Shown: piece after piece, positions 12,321 to 24,989 of the stretch
Numbering within the stretch: the first letter of the stretch is position 1
Layout: each line of letters begins with the position of its first letter
Source: Octopus bimaculoides
Taxonomy: Eukaryota
Length of the DNA stretch: 62,835 nt
NCBI RefSeq assembly: GCF_001194135.2
Contig: NC_068989.1
Span: 35,222,329 to 35,285,163, forward strand
Reading direction: 5' to 3'
The notes under the pieces: generated by a model
Told to the model about the DNA's origin: nothing
What the model saw: the letters and a program-made list of their open reading frames with translations, nothing else
Database searches by the model: none
Made by a program: the position numbers and the translations under genes

Positions 12321-13242
12321 GTTAGTGGATCCCAACTTATTTTGGGATCTTTTACTGTATTTTATTTTATTTTTGTCAAAGAACTTTGCTACAAAGGCAC
12401 CTTTTTTCAGTTGACAGACAACAGATACAGTTCATGTATAAAGCTTAGTGTTGCCAGCATACTAGCATTACCTGGCGACATTAACTGGAGAGAGGTAGGC
12501 AGCATGTGGCCACTAGCTGTCATCATTATCACCACCACCACCACCACCACCACCACCACCATCATTATCATCATCTAATGGTGATGATGATGATGAAGAT
12601 GATGATAATAATGGCATACTCTGCTAGAAATAACATCCAAAATGTTCCTTGAATAACACTCACCTGTCTTAAGAAATGCAAAATGAAGGAGACATTGGAC
12701 AGTAGTAGTCTTGGATTTAAGAAAAGATGAATGAGATGGTCAAAGCTGAAATGTCCTTGATTATAGTCCAGCTTGATCAGGCTTCACCAGGAGCTCAACA
12801 ACAACAACACTAAATACCATACAACTCTTTTCTTTCTCTTTACGTCTCATTTACTTTTACTGAGCCCTGTAATTCTATACCCCACTCCCACCTAATCTAT
12901 CTGATACACTCCCACCATAACCTCTTCCGTTAGAACCTCTCTGTATCATTTCTACAGGTCTTTATTAAACAGCTTACCCAATCCTTCTTCCACAAGATTT
13001 ATAATTCTCTGAAACTCACACTATTTCTATATTTTCTATTCAACCTGCAACATTTGAAATTTAACATGAACCACTCTAACCTACAACCCTATGTCACTGT
13101 CCACAGCTTAAAATATCATTTCTGTCCTTCCACTTTATAAAGATAAACATTTCTGTTTGTTTTGCAGTTTAGATATAGATTTTAAACTATTTAATTTCTG
13201 AAATTCTCTCCATCATAATACTAACTTTGTTTCATATTTTAA

Positions 13243-13449
13243 CCATTTAGCATTGAGATTACTCTGTTAAATGTAATGCATATTTATTCATGTTGGTTTG
13301 CATCAATTATGCATTTTATTTTTCAAGATTTCAATGATATAATCGCTTATTTTTAGAATGACATTGTAGGGTAGTTGTGAGATCTGGATGGCTGAACATA
13401 AAACATGTAGAATATTTGAACTAGATATGGTTAGTTCAAATGCAAAGGG
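13243..13449. mobile_element. piggyBac-type MITE (TTAA-flanked)
   Basis: TTAA|CCATTTAGCATT...AATGCAAAGGG|TTAA; same family, opposite orientation, at 56696-56918 and 57239-57448. Confidence 0.8.
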
Positions 13450-13523
13450 TTAATCTTATTGTATACTTCCTAATTTCTGAAATTCAGTTCTTCATAATGC
13501 TAACTTTATGTTTCTTATTTCAG

Positions 13524-13648
13524 AGTGTGTGGACAAATATCATGTAGCATACTGCCCCCTAGTGGTGCAATCACAGTACTGCAATCGACCCTATTTTCAA
13601 AGGCTTTGCTGTCGAGCATGCCAGCTAGCTCAGAATTCAAACCACTGA
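13524..13648 (+). CDS. ADAMTS6/10-like: ADAMTS6/10-like, terminal coding exon (PLAC domain)
   Basis: TTTCAG acceptor, phase 1 compatible. Encodes ECVDKYHVAYCPLVVQSQYCNRPYFQRLCCRACQLAQNSNH*. The VAYCPLV...C.R.YF...CC..C pattern and the preceding C.PKCG repeat resemble vertebrate ADAMTS6/10 (recalled, not searched). Confidence 0.9.
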
Positions 13649-14289
13649 TGAGAATGTAAGAAGAATTTACAGCTTGTTTACCAAATGTATTTCTTTAAGA
13701 GAATCATGCCAAAGAACTGCAATGCCTGTTGATTCATATTCTTGATTCTCTTTCAGTTGCTATCAGCCTTTTGAGTGTTTTTTTCTTCTGTTACTTGTCG
13801 TTTAATATTGACTTTTTAGTTTCATATAGTTACTCAACAACTTGTTTTCTCTCTCAATCTTCCTTTCTATTTTCCTATTTCCCTTTCTTTCTTTCTTTCT
13901 TTCTTTCTTAACCTCTCATTTTATTTCTCTCTAATTCAACTTCTGTAATTCTCAGATACTTTTTCCCCAATCCTTCACTATATTCAAAGATAAAGTGTCT
14001 ATTTAAGATGTGCCAGTATAGTCCTTCACAGTCTCGATTACATTTCAGTAAAATACAGTACCTCTTCATTATGTGTTGTTTGTTATTTTTTTATTGTAAA
14101 CATTTGGGGTTGGTTTCATGGAAATTTATTCAGGCAGTGTGAGAGCAGACATTGCCCCTACTTTGTGGACATTATCCCTACTTGTCAGACTAACTCAATT
14201 AATTTTTCAGAAAAGTAATCCCAAGGAATCTTATAGTGGTATGTCTGGATTCAACAAAAAAGGGTGTACAATGATAATGCATGGCTTAA

Positions 14290-14535
14290 TATATGTTCTA
14301 AGTTCAATTTCTGCCAAGGCTGACTTGGCTTTTCATCCTTCTGGAGTCAATGGAATAAGTACCAATTAAGCACAGAGGTTGGTGTAATTGACTAACCGTT
14401 GCCCTCAAAAATTTCAGACCATGTGCCTATAGGAGACTTCTCCTTATGGCAGTAAATTGGTTGTGTTGTTGGCAAGTCAGTATTTGTTCCAGCTCTTTAT
14501 GTTCTAAGTTCAAATCCTGCCAAGGTCCACTTTTT
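14290..14535 (+). mobile_element. tRNA-derived SINE family A fragments
   Basis: AGTTCAA(A)T..GCCAAGG...TTTTCATCCTT...AAGTACC...AAAATTTCAG; homologous to the well-preserved copy at 49101-49315. Confidence 0.65.
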
Positions 14536-15070
14536 GTTGTCACCATGACCTGATGAAACACTGGCTTAGGCTCAGATGATTCAATTAATTTAGTCAATTA
14601 ATTAATTATGCACTTTTGTTCCATGTTTGTGGCATTTTTACACCAATATGAGAAATAGTCATAACTGAGGGCTGGACCATAGTAGGAACATAAAGTTCTC
14701 AGTTTCAGTTGTCCTTTCCCCCTCCCCTACCTTTCTGTCTTGGACTGATGTAATAAGAACTGATCAGCTCTGGGTGTTCATCTATCCCTGAATTTGTGGG
14801 ATTGTACCAATGTTCCAATGTTATATTCTGTTACCTGTGTCAGCCATTAGACTGCAGATATGATGGGAACTGCTGTCAAGAATTTTAGCTGATTATTTGT
14901 AACATATTACTGTTTTGAATTATTGAGTTCAGTTTTTAAAGAATTTCTTCCATTTAATAACATGAGTGCTGTTGAAGGTATTTACACCAATATACACAAG
15001 CACAGATATAAGCAAACACACACACACACACACATATATGTATACATGTATATGTATATATATATATATA

Positions 15071-16397
15071 TAAAGTGTAGTATATTGCCACTTAAGTGTG
15101 GCTGACCCCTAGGGGTGGATGTTACTGTTGCTTTTAGCCCCAGGAGGACATCTCCTCCAGCTGGCTTATCGACACACGACTGTGTCCTGTTTGCCAAGGG
15201 AAGTTATCCCTCTCACCTCGATCTGCAGCACGAACGTATCCCTTGGCAAACAGGACACAGTCGTGTGTCGATAAGCCAGCTGGANNNNNNNNNNNNNNNN
15301 NNNNNNNNNNNNNNNNNNNNNNNNNNNNNNNNNNNNNNNNNNNNNNNNNNNNNNNNNNNNNNNNNNNNNNNNNNNNNNNNNNNNNNNNNNNNNNNNNNNN
15401 NNNNNNNNNNNNNNNNNNNNNNNNNNNNNNNNNNNNNNNNNNNNNNNNNNNNNNNNNNNNNNNNNNNNNNNNNNNNNNNNNNNNNNNNNNNNNNNNNNNN
15501 NNNNNNNNNNNNNNNNNNNNNNNNNNNNNNNNNNNNNNNNNNNNNNNNNNNNNNNNNNNNNNNNNNNNNNNNNNNNNNNNNNNNNNNNNNNNNNNNNNNN
15601 NNNNNNNNNNNNNNNNNNNNNNNNNNNNNNNNNNNNNNNNNNNNNNNNNNNNNNNNNNNNNNNNNNNNNNNNNNNNNNNNNNNNNNNNNNNNNNNNNNNN
15701 NNNNNNNNNNNNNNNNNNNNNNNNNNNNNNNNNNNNNNNNNNNNNNNNNNNNNNNNNNNNNNNNNNNNNNNNNNNNNNNNNNNNNNNNNNNNNNNNNNNN
15801 NNNNNNNNNNNNNNNNNNNNNNNNNNNNNNNNNNNNNNNNNNNNNNNNNNNNNNNNNNNNNNNNNNNNNNNNNNNNNNNNNNNNNNNNNNNNNNNNNNNN
15901 NNNNNNNNNNNNNNNNNNNNNNNNNNNNNNNNNNNNNNNNNNNNNNNNNNNNNNNNNNNNNNNNNNNNNNNNNNNNNNNNNNNNNNNNNNNNNNNNNNNN
16001 NNNNNNNNNNNNNNNNNNNNNNNNNNNNNNNNNNGGGCTAAAAGCAACAGTAACATCCACTCCTAGGGGTCAGCCACACTTAAGTGGCAATATACTACAC
16101 TTTATCGTGCAGTTACTGTTAATACTTCATTTAGAGAATTAACATTGCTTGTTTTCACCTTTTCAATATCAGTGAAGAATTTCACTGGAAAAGAAGATAT
16201 AAGTTTGCCAGGTTTTTGTCTCTCTCACCAAGGTCATCAGCTGTCGGACGCCGACGAAGGGAAATAACCCTGAAATCCGGATACGTTCGTGCTGCAGATC
16301 GAGGTGAGAGGGATAACTTCCCTTGGCAAACAGGACACAGTCGTGTGTCGATAAGCCAGCTGGAGGAGATGTCCTCCTGGGGGCTAAAAGCAACAGT
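15071..16397. mobile_element. Three copies of a ~200-bp hammerhead-bearing repeat (pseudo-LTR-like): one minus copy folded back onto a plus copy split by a 750-N gap, and a third plus copy
   Basis: 15071-15201 is the reverse complement of 15239-15284 + 16035-16104; 16276-16397 is the reverse complement of ~15121-15241. Confidence 0.8.
16245..16289 (+). ncRNA. Minimal type-I hammerhead ribozyme motif (U4>C variant, palindromic stem III)
   Basis: CGGACG-CCGACGA-AGGG aaataa CCCT-GAAA-TCCGGAT-A-CGTTCG. Stem I is 6 bp (one G.U), stem II 4 bp, GAAA intact, stem III ATCCGGAT; predicted cleavage after AUA (16283). Confidence 0.7.
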
Positions 16398-16963
16398 AAA
16401 TGGATAATATATAGTTTATAACTCAGAATTTCTGGGAAAAAGATCTATTAAAGGCAATGACAGAAGCAGTTGTAAAGGTTTCCAACTGAATTTGGTCAAA
16501 GAGGAATGAAAGTGTACTTCAGAATGCATAACTTAGCCTATGTATCACTGGTATGGTGTTACAACATTCAGGTCATCTTGGCTCAGGGTACCTTGACCAC
16601 CCAGGAATGTACAAATTGCAGATGTAGACAGTGATACAAAATGTGACAGCAGATGGGTATCCAGGAGTTATGACTTGGATGTAGTCTGGCTCCTTTAGCA
16701 TGAAAAGAAGTTAAGGGCAGAAATATATGAAGTAGTGAGGGGTTCGGGTGCAGGCTTCTTCTTTGAAGATCTGCTGTTCAGTTCTTTCTAGTGTTTGCTA
16801 CTACAATAACAACAATTGCCTCCCACCACCACCATCTGCAAATGAACAAACTTGGTCAGATCCATTGTAAATAGCACACATATCTGCACTTGTGTGATTA
16901 ATAATTTGGACATGCATGTACATGTATTTGTATGTGCATTCGTACATGTGTGCATGTATTTAT

Positions 16964-16998
<35 letters not shown>

Positions 16999-17914
16999 GA
17001 AAAGTGTGCTGAGAGAAATTACTCGAAATGGTCAGTGGTATGTATTTGAACAACATGTTAGATACTAGTCTGTTAAATACCATACAACAAAAATTCTTGA
17101 TATATTAAAATTATCTCCACCTCTAGAGGATCTATCATAATTACCAAATGGCAATTAAGACCAGCACCAGCTGAGACGGAGAGATTCAAGAACTGACATG
17201 TTAAAGAAAGGGACAGACTTAATTGTCTGGAGATAGTGGGCAGTCGTGGACAAGTGATTCAAGCTTGTTAGTCTTCATTAGCATGACAAAAATCTTATTT
17301 CCAATTTCACATTTCTTAATCAGAACAAAGTCTATGAAGCTTGCTTGTTTGGGTAGTTGGTCAGAAAGGTCAGGTGACTGGCTAGCTTCCTGAAGTTGGT
17401 GTTGCAAATAGTTGGGTCATTTGCCTCATAAAACTCAAGAACTTTGAACTTCTTCCTTCCTTGCATCACATCCATAAGCTCCATTGTGTTTGTATTTGAG
17501 TGCGTGTGTGTCTGAGAGAGATAGGGACAGACAAAGAGACTGTTAGATGGTAAAAGGATCATCATAATGTGTAATTTTCCATATATCATACTGTAAATAT
17601 GCTTATGTGTGTTTATGAGTGTAAATGTGTGTATATAAGTTTGAGTGTACATATGTATGTATATGTAAAATGCATGCTTTTATATGAATGTATACATGTG
17701 TGTCTATTTAAATGTGTCAATGTTAACATGTGTATGTGCTTGAGTATGTAGGTTATATACATATGTATATATAAGCATGTATGTACATATATGCATATGT
17801 GTGCTTATATGTGTGTGTGTGTATGTATATATGCATGTATGTATGTACATCGCATCTCCTGTGTTTGTGTGATAATACAAGGCAATGAAGAGAAAGAGAG
17901 AAAGCGAGAGACTC

Positions 17915-17938
17915 TGTGTGTGTGTGTGCGTGTGTGTG

Positions 17939-18018
<80 letters not shown>
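17915..18018. repeat. Long (TG)n microsatellite
   Basis: Direct reading. Confidence 0.95.
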
Positions 18019-18021
<3 letters not shown>

Positions 18022-18667
18022 AAGAAGAGTCAGATTGGTTGATAAATATGTGAGGAAAAGCTGGTTGGGTGCAGCAGGCAACCTTTGACTTCTCTAACGC
18101 AGTCACATCTAAAATGCTTAATTAGCCTCTATTATTACCAATATTGAATCTCTTTGAAACATCCATGAGCAAATGTCATGAGAAGAAAAAGCAGGACACA
18201 TTTTACTTGTCTTTCTTTCTCTCTGCCTCTTGGTCGTGTTTTAACATTAGAGAATAGAGACAGGCACACCATCAGTCACCGTCAACAACTGCAGAGACAG
18301 TCTGGGAAATCACAAGCATCCAACTAGAATGGCGCTGATATTACCCCAAAACATATAAGGAAGATTCTTCAGCCAGTAAGTTTAATACATTTTTTAATTA
18401 CTACTACTACTACTACTACTACTACAGCATTATTGTTATTAATATTGATCTTGATGTGTGTCAATGAACTTGAGTATTACTGTAATTACTCTACATTTGC
18501 TTATTACCCACCTCTGCTAAGACTGAAAAAAATAAGTACCAGTTGTATACTTAGGTAAATTTAACTGACAAAAAAAAAGAAAGAAAAAATGACTTTGGCT
18601 TAGTCAAAAGAAAACCTTACTACTGGGGTGCCAAAGAAAATGGTAGTCAAACTGTTATATAGCTGAG

Positions 18668-18905
18668 GGAGTGGAGATGTGAGGCTTAGTGGTTAGGGTG
18701 TTGGACTCATGATTGTAAGTTTGTTGTTTCAGTTCTTGGGCCTGGTGAGGCATTGTGTTCTTGAGCAAAACACTTCATTTCATGTTGCTCCAGTTCACTC
18801 AGCTGGCAAAAATGAGGAATCCTGCAATAGACCAGTGTCCCATCCAGGGGTGAATATATGCGCTATGGAAACTTAGAAACTATGAGTCTATATTACTCAA
18901 GAAGA
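18668..18905 (+). mobile_element. tRNA-derived SINE family C
   Basis: A-box-like GGCTTAGTGGTTAGG, B-box-like GTTTCAGTTCTT and a central CTTGAGCAAAACACTTCATTTC motif. Confidence 0.7.
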
Positions 18906-19494
18906 ATCTTTATTCTATTTTAATAGCTGAAGGAAATTATCTTTGGTTACCCTCTGCATAAGAAATAACAGTCAAGTTAGTGACTTCATATTCAGTGTAA
19001 TGCAGCAAATATATTCTAGTTATATTGTGCAGAATAATAACATTAATCATAAGCTCAATGATTAATGTTGGTTTAAATTGATCTCAGAAAATATTGTTGA
19101 TGACTGAGGACGGGTTTCACCGAGAGGATTTAATAAGGTAGAAAGATGCCCAGAATTTTCTCTCATACTTGTTGAAATCATTAAAATAATATTAGTAATT
19201 TAATAAATATTATCGTTGTCTACTCCCAGAACTCTTTTTTATAAGTATTCCAGTAAAAATTTGATTTGGTAATGCTTGATTAGACCATGTTTCAATGAGA
19301 AAATCACAAGACTACTTCACACTGAGTCAAATATGATAATAAAAATAATAATAATGATAATGGTTTCAATTTTTGGCACAAGGCCAGCAATTTCGGGGGA
19401 GTGGGTAGCATGCTGGACAAAATGCTTACCAGCATTTTGTCTGTCCTTATGTTCTGAGTTCAAATTATGCTGTTGACTGTGTGGGAAATACATA

Positions 19495-19497
19495 ATC

Positions 19498-19546
<49 letters not shown>

Positions 19547-19552
19547 TAATGC

Positions 19553-19597
<45 letters not shown>

Positions 19598-19608
19598 TAA
19601 TAATTATG

Positions 19609-19652
<44 letters not shown>
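19495..19652. repeat. (AAT)n microsatellite
   Basis: Direct reading. Confidence 0.95.
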
Positions 19653-19655
<3 letters not shown>

Positions 19656-20050
19656 ATGAAAAGGAAGCAAAGATAACAGATGTTGCAACACCAGGTGATT
19701 CAAGGATAAAATGTAAGGAAACAGAAAAGATTGAGAATTACCAGCCACTGTAGGACGAGATAGGAAAGTTATGGGGCATGAGAAAAGTAATGGTGATACC
19801 AGTGGTAATTGAAGCATTAGGAGCAGTTTCCAAGGGCTTTGTAAAAACATATTAAGAATATTGGAGCTGCTGTCAGGCTTGAGGTGATGCAGAAGACAGC
19901 ATTGTTGAGTACAGCTCGCACTCTAAGAAGAGTATTTTCTGTTTGAGTCACAGGAGAAGGCACTATTTGAAACCTTTGGTGATTTGTTATTGCCTGCTTT
20001 CGAGTGAAGAATAACCGGTAATTAAGAACTATCCGAGAGTCTTTGAGAAT
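19653..20050 (+). mobile_element. 3' end of an RLE-type non-LTR retrotransposon (R4/Dong-like)
   Basis: Remnant KITDVATPGDSRIKCKETEKIENYQPL*DEIGKLWGMRKVMVIPVVIEALG...QKTALLSTARTLRRV, then 3' UTR and (AAC)/(AAT)n tail. Same family on the minus strand at 50340-50640. Confidence 0.85.
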
Positions 20051-20068
20051 AACAACAACAACAACAAC

Positions 20069-20109
<41 letters not shown>

Positions 20110-20124
20110 TAATAATAATAATGA

Positions 20125-20337
20125 TTTTAAATTTTGGTACAAGGCCAGTAATTTCGAGAGAGGAAGTAAGTTGATTATACTGACCCCAGTGCTTAACTGG
20201 CACTTATTTTATTGATCGCAAAAGAATGAAAGGCAAAATCAACCCTGGCAGCATTTGAACTCAGAATGTAAAGTCTCAGAACAAAATATCATTAAGCATT
20301 TTGCCTGGTTTACTAACAATTCTGCCAGCTCACGGCC
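20125..20337 (-). mobile_element. SINE family A
   Basis: Reverse complement of the family A consensus seen at 49101-49315. Confidence 0.75.
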
Positions 20338-20343
20338 TTAATA

Positions 20344-20398
<55 letters not shown>

Positions 20399-20411
20399 GG
20401 ATGATGGAAAA

Positions 20412-20756
20412 AATGTGGCATCTCAAGGCGACTACCGTACCAGTGGTTGTAGGATCTCTAGGAATGATAAAAAAGGTACTGAAACCTATTTGAAAATGAT
20501 ACCAGGCTTACCATCCCTACAGGAAGTGTAAAAAATCATGTTAACTGGAATGACTCATGTATTGAGAAGAGCATTATCGCTGTGAAAACAACATCCATTC
20601 ATGAATTTATTTATCTATTAATTTTTTTTAAAATACATATTTTACCTGTAAATTTGCATGTGTAAACTGGGAATGCATACACCTCTGCCCTAGGTGTAAG
20701 GAAAACACTTGGCGAGAAATGGAAGAAAATTTGAAGAAAGAAGAAAAAAAGCAACA
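20412..20756 (+). mobile_element. 3' end of a second RLE-type LINE family
   Basis: WHLKATTVPVVVGSLGMIKKGTETYLKMIPGLPSLQEV*KIMLTGMTHVLRRALSL*, then 3' UTR ending in (AAT)n; preceded by (GAT)n. Confidence 0.75.
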
Positions 20757-20769
20757 TAATAATAATAAT

Positions 20770-20935
20770 CCTTTCTACAAAAGGCACAAAGCCTGAAATT
20801 TGGAGGGAGAGGACGAGTCGATTACATCAACTCCACTGTTTCACAGATGCTGAATTTATCAACCCTGAAAGGATGAAAGGCAAAGTCAACTTTGACGGAA
20901 TTTGAAGTCAGAATGTAGCAACAGGAGAAATACTT
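20770..20935 (-). mobile_element. SINE family A, 5'-truncated
   Basis: CCTTTCTAC...GGATGAAAGGCAAAGTCAAC...GAATTTGAAGTCAGAATG. Confidence 0.75.
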
Positions 20936-21149
20936 AATAATGGTAGTTTCAAATTTTGGCACAAGGCCAGCACCCCAGTGCTCAACTAGTGCTTATTTTT
21001 ATCGATCCAATGATCAAATGAAAATGGTGCATTATGTTAATCATACATACATACATACATGCATGCATACATACATGCATGCATACATACATGCATGCAT
21101 ACATACATACATGCATACATACATGCATACATACATACATACATACATA

Positions 21150-22012
21150 CAAGGTCTGATCAATAAGTATCCAAACTGTTACCATAGTAACAAAGCTAAA
21201 GCACGCAGAGTAAAGCCACTCAGCACAGATTGACCTTGAACTCTGCTGTGCATGTGCACTAAGTTTTAACATTCTAACTCACTTTTGCTGCTTACAGCAG
21301 TGCTTGGAAGGAAGGTGTGTAGCGTGTGATCGTCACATTGACCATGACAGAGAAAGTTGCTTAGAGGCCTATGCAAAGTCACAGAAAGTGTATAGAGATG
21401 AGTGTATGAGCTGCACACAAGTGTACGAGTGGTTCAGACATTTCCAAGATGGCCAAAAAAATGTCGATATTGACAAATGTTCTGGGTGACCATTAACCAG
21501 AAGAACTGAGAAAAACATTGCAGTTGTGCATGCAGCTGTGAGGGGAAATTATTGAGTCACCATCCATGAGTTATCAAAGGATGTGCAGATTAGTTATGGT
21601 TCAGTTCAGTCCATTATCACTGGAGATGTGGGTATGAGATGTGTGTCTGCCAGGTTTGTGTCAAAACTACTTTCAGCTGACCAAAAAGACACTTGGATTT
21701 CTTGATTGTGTCGAGAATGATGAAAACTTCTTGAAAACTTTGTGTAGACCTCTGAGCAGGTATCGCCAAGCTTTCAGCAAAGTTTGATGCAGATTCTCTG
21801 CTCAGCTTTCTCTGTCATTGTCAATGCAACAACCACATACTACACACCTTTCTTCCAAGCACTGTTATAAACAGTAGAAGTGAGCTAGAATGCTAAACCT
21901 TAGTGTGCATACACAACAGAGTTCAAGGTCAATCTGTGCCAAGTGGCTTCACTCTATGTGCTGTAGCTTCATTACTATAGCAACAGTCTGGATACTTATT
22001 GATCAGAACATG
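21150..22012 (+). mobile_element. Internally deleted mariner-type transposon with long (~135-bp) TIRs
   Basis: TA|CAAGGTCTGATCAATAAGTATCC...GGATACTTATTGATCAGAACATG|TA. HTH remnant EAYAKSQKVYRDECMSCTQVYEWFRHFQDGQKNVDIDKCSG and CVSARFVSKLLS. Confidence 0.88.
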
Positions 22013-22019
22013 TACACAC

Positions 22020-22086
<67 letters not shown>

Positions 22087-22099
22087 TATGTTTGCAGGC

Positions 22100-23505
22100 A
22101 GTGCCAGTATTCATACCAACATTTGGGCTACTTGATTGGATGCTTGATGTGATCCAAGCCATTGATGTGAAAAACCTGGAAGATACTAACAAGCACACAT
22201 AATTTCTACAATAACAATGACGTACTCCACCTCTACCTAAAATGAAAACAGGGTGGCAGAGGCTTAAAATTGATCCAAACTACCTTTGAATGTTGTATCA
22301 TATCCCTTCGACAACATCTTTTAACCACGAAGTGTTGACGTGCATCCCTTGACCGAATTTGCATACAAGAGGCTGATAACAACATAAGACTTGGAAGGCA
22401 GCTCCTTGAGCAGCATTCCTTGTCTAATAACTTTAAATGCATGCTCAAAGAAGTTGCACGGCTCTACTGCAGCATATGAAATGATGAGCATATATGAACA
22501 AAAGATCATGCATGGATATGTTAGTAGAAAGCTCCAAAATGATAGTAACATTGATCATCAAAGCAGTCTATCATAGACCAGCAACTGGATTACTGCCTCC
22601 CACTTTGAAGGGTATGCGTTTGCAGTCCAGGAACAGGAAATATCAATCAAATACCTAATGCACAAAAGGGATAGAGATGCAAGAAAAGCAGTAAAATGTG
22701 ACAATTGATGCAGACTTTGCGGTGTTAACATCAAAGATATCACTATCACTTATATCATAACCAGTCGTCCAAAAATATCATCACGGTATTATCTACTGAT
22801 GAGACATGATGTTATAGCTAAGACACTGTATAATATGATCCATCGAAAGGATAACCCTGATGACAAAGAAATAAGAATCCACAGTATGGTGGAAGCCATA
22901 GCCACTCATAATAAAAAGGAGTAGTGGTGGAATGTCCCAGTGAAAACCTCAATAAAATGTAAGCACAACAGACCTGATATAATGATTTGGGATAGGGAAA
23001 AGAAACTATGTACAGTTGTGGAAATCAGCTGCCCAATGGATGTTAAAGTTGAAGAACAGTGAAAAAGAGAATACACTAAACTATTGAGAAATCTGCAGTT
23101 ACTCAATCCAGATTACAAGTTCAGGTTTATATCTGTAATTATTGGGGCCGTGGGATATGTAACACACTGCCTAAATACCAATCTTGAGAAATTAGGCTTC
23201 TCAAAACAAGAAAGGAGAAAGCTGATTCAAAGACGACAGATCCAAGCCATCACAGGAACTGTAAAAATCTGTAAAACTTTCCAGAAGTTTATCATTTAAG
23301 TATATATGAGCATGTCTAGATATGCAAGTATATGTATGAGAAGACATACATAAAACAAAACATACAAATCTGCACATATACATACATACAAACATACCTT
23401 GTTGTTGATGTTGAAATTCCAATGAAGGAGCCTTGGATCTAGGTTAGAAACTGGCTTTTTCTCTATTGGTAGGAAATCTTGAAATAAAACTGAATAATGA
23501 CATAC
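22100..23505 (+). mobile_element. Degenerate RLE-type LINE 3' region (zinc-finger region, PD-type endonuclease, 3' UTR)
   Basis: RHDVIAKTLY, KHNRPDIMIWDREKKLCTVVEISCPMD and FISVIIGAVG...QIQAITGTVKICKTFQKFII*. Confidence 0.85.
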
Positions 23506-24989
23506 ATATATACACTCACAAACATATATGTAGAATCATGTATATACATATGTACATTCACACATAAAACCTTGCATGCATAGAAACATTTAACTGTTAG
23601 TGAGAAAATCAGCACAGAATGTTATTATCCTTGACAAGCAACTGGATGACAGATTAAGTCTAGTCCCTGAGAACAACTACCACAAGGTATCTTTCCTGAC
23701 AATGCTCAAATAATTCCACTAAACCAGTCCAATGAAAAAGGATGAAAGGCAAAGTTTACTTTGGTGAGATTTGAACTCAAAGTAGAGAGATAAAATAAAT
23801 ATGCTCAATGACAATATTAGTTCACCATGTAAACCCAATATCTGAGTGGTACATTAGTTTAATGGCCTCAATGGAATGAAAGACAGGTAACGACATGGGG
23901 ATTTGAACTGAGTATGTAAAGATACATAACTGAATATGACACTATCAGGTATTTTGTGTGTCACACTACCAATTCTCTTGTTTTATTGCACAGAATTTGT
24001 AAATAAACACGACTGGGTGGTTATTGTGGAAATCAGTTTTGTATTTGATTAACACAATTGCTGAAAGGTCACTAAAAGGTCAACCCACCAATCTCCATCT
24101 TTATATTTTTTGCCACTTTCATCAATTTAATGTTCTCAACAGCTCCATAAACTCTCTCACACATAATACCTCAGTTTCAGTCACAATCAATAACTTGAAC
24201 CAATGATGGAGAGCAATTACATGCTCACTTGACCTGCCATAAGTAGCAGCTAAATCTACCTCAAATCACATTCTTTTAGGAAAGGAAGAAGACATTGGAT
24301 AAACTATGTTTGAATAAATGATGGATACATAATGGATGAGGTAAGTTTGGAGAAAAGTTGGGATAGTTATAGCTTGAACACCTTTGGTCATAACTTGGCT
24401 GGATCAGAACTATTGATATCTTTATTATTTCAACCAACTTTCCACAAATATCGAAAATTGATATTTGGATATGATTGGGTATTAGGAATGGCATCCAGCC
24501 ATATAAATCATGCAAAGCTGACATTGGTGCTTGGTGCAGCCCTACAGCTTGCCAGATCATGTCACATCATCCAATTCATGTCAGCATGGAAAACGAATGT
24601 TAAATGATAATGATGATGACTGTGTCACATTCCTTAGTTAATAAGCAATTAACCATTTAATTTGACCTGGGCTTTCTTTTAACACAGAGGTTCTTAATAT
24701 TTTGATTTTGTATGACACTACAGGTAAGACATAAAAAGTTACCGATGCTCTTCAAATGGTAAGTTGAAAAATGCTTTAAGACTAAACATTTAGAATTAAA
24801 AAAAAAGAAACTGTTGTTTACACCGTTTTATTGATAAAACTTGTGTGTGAATATATTATTTCAAGACATAGTGACATTAGTTTAGGTTTTATAAAGTCTT
24901 AAATTCTAGTTTTAAAAATCAATGCCACATTTCTTTCTAGTTTTTGCAAATCATTCAAGGTCCGTGAGCATTACACTTCTCATATAATT

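Noticed and set aside
14540-14580. CTGATGA at ~14550
   Set aside because: No stem II/GAAA geometry.
17219-17500. Minus-strand non-repetitive ORF fragments (MQHQLQEASQ...FIDFVLIKKCE)
   Set aside because: Frameshifted, no recognisable domain and no convincing splice sites.
23412-23470. Hammerhead-like motif in a LINE 3' UTR (CCAATGA...AGCCT/AGGTT...GAAAC)
   Set aside because: The core lacks G5, the stem II register is off by several nt, and stems I/III are unconvincing.
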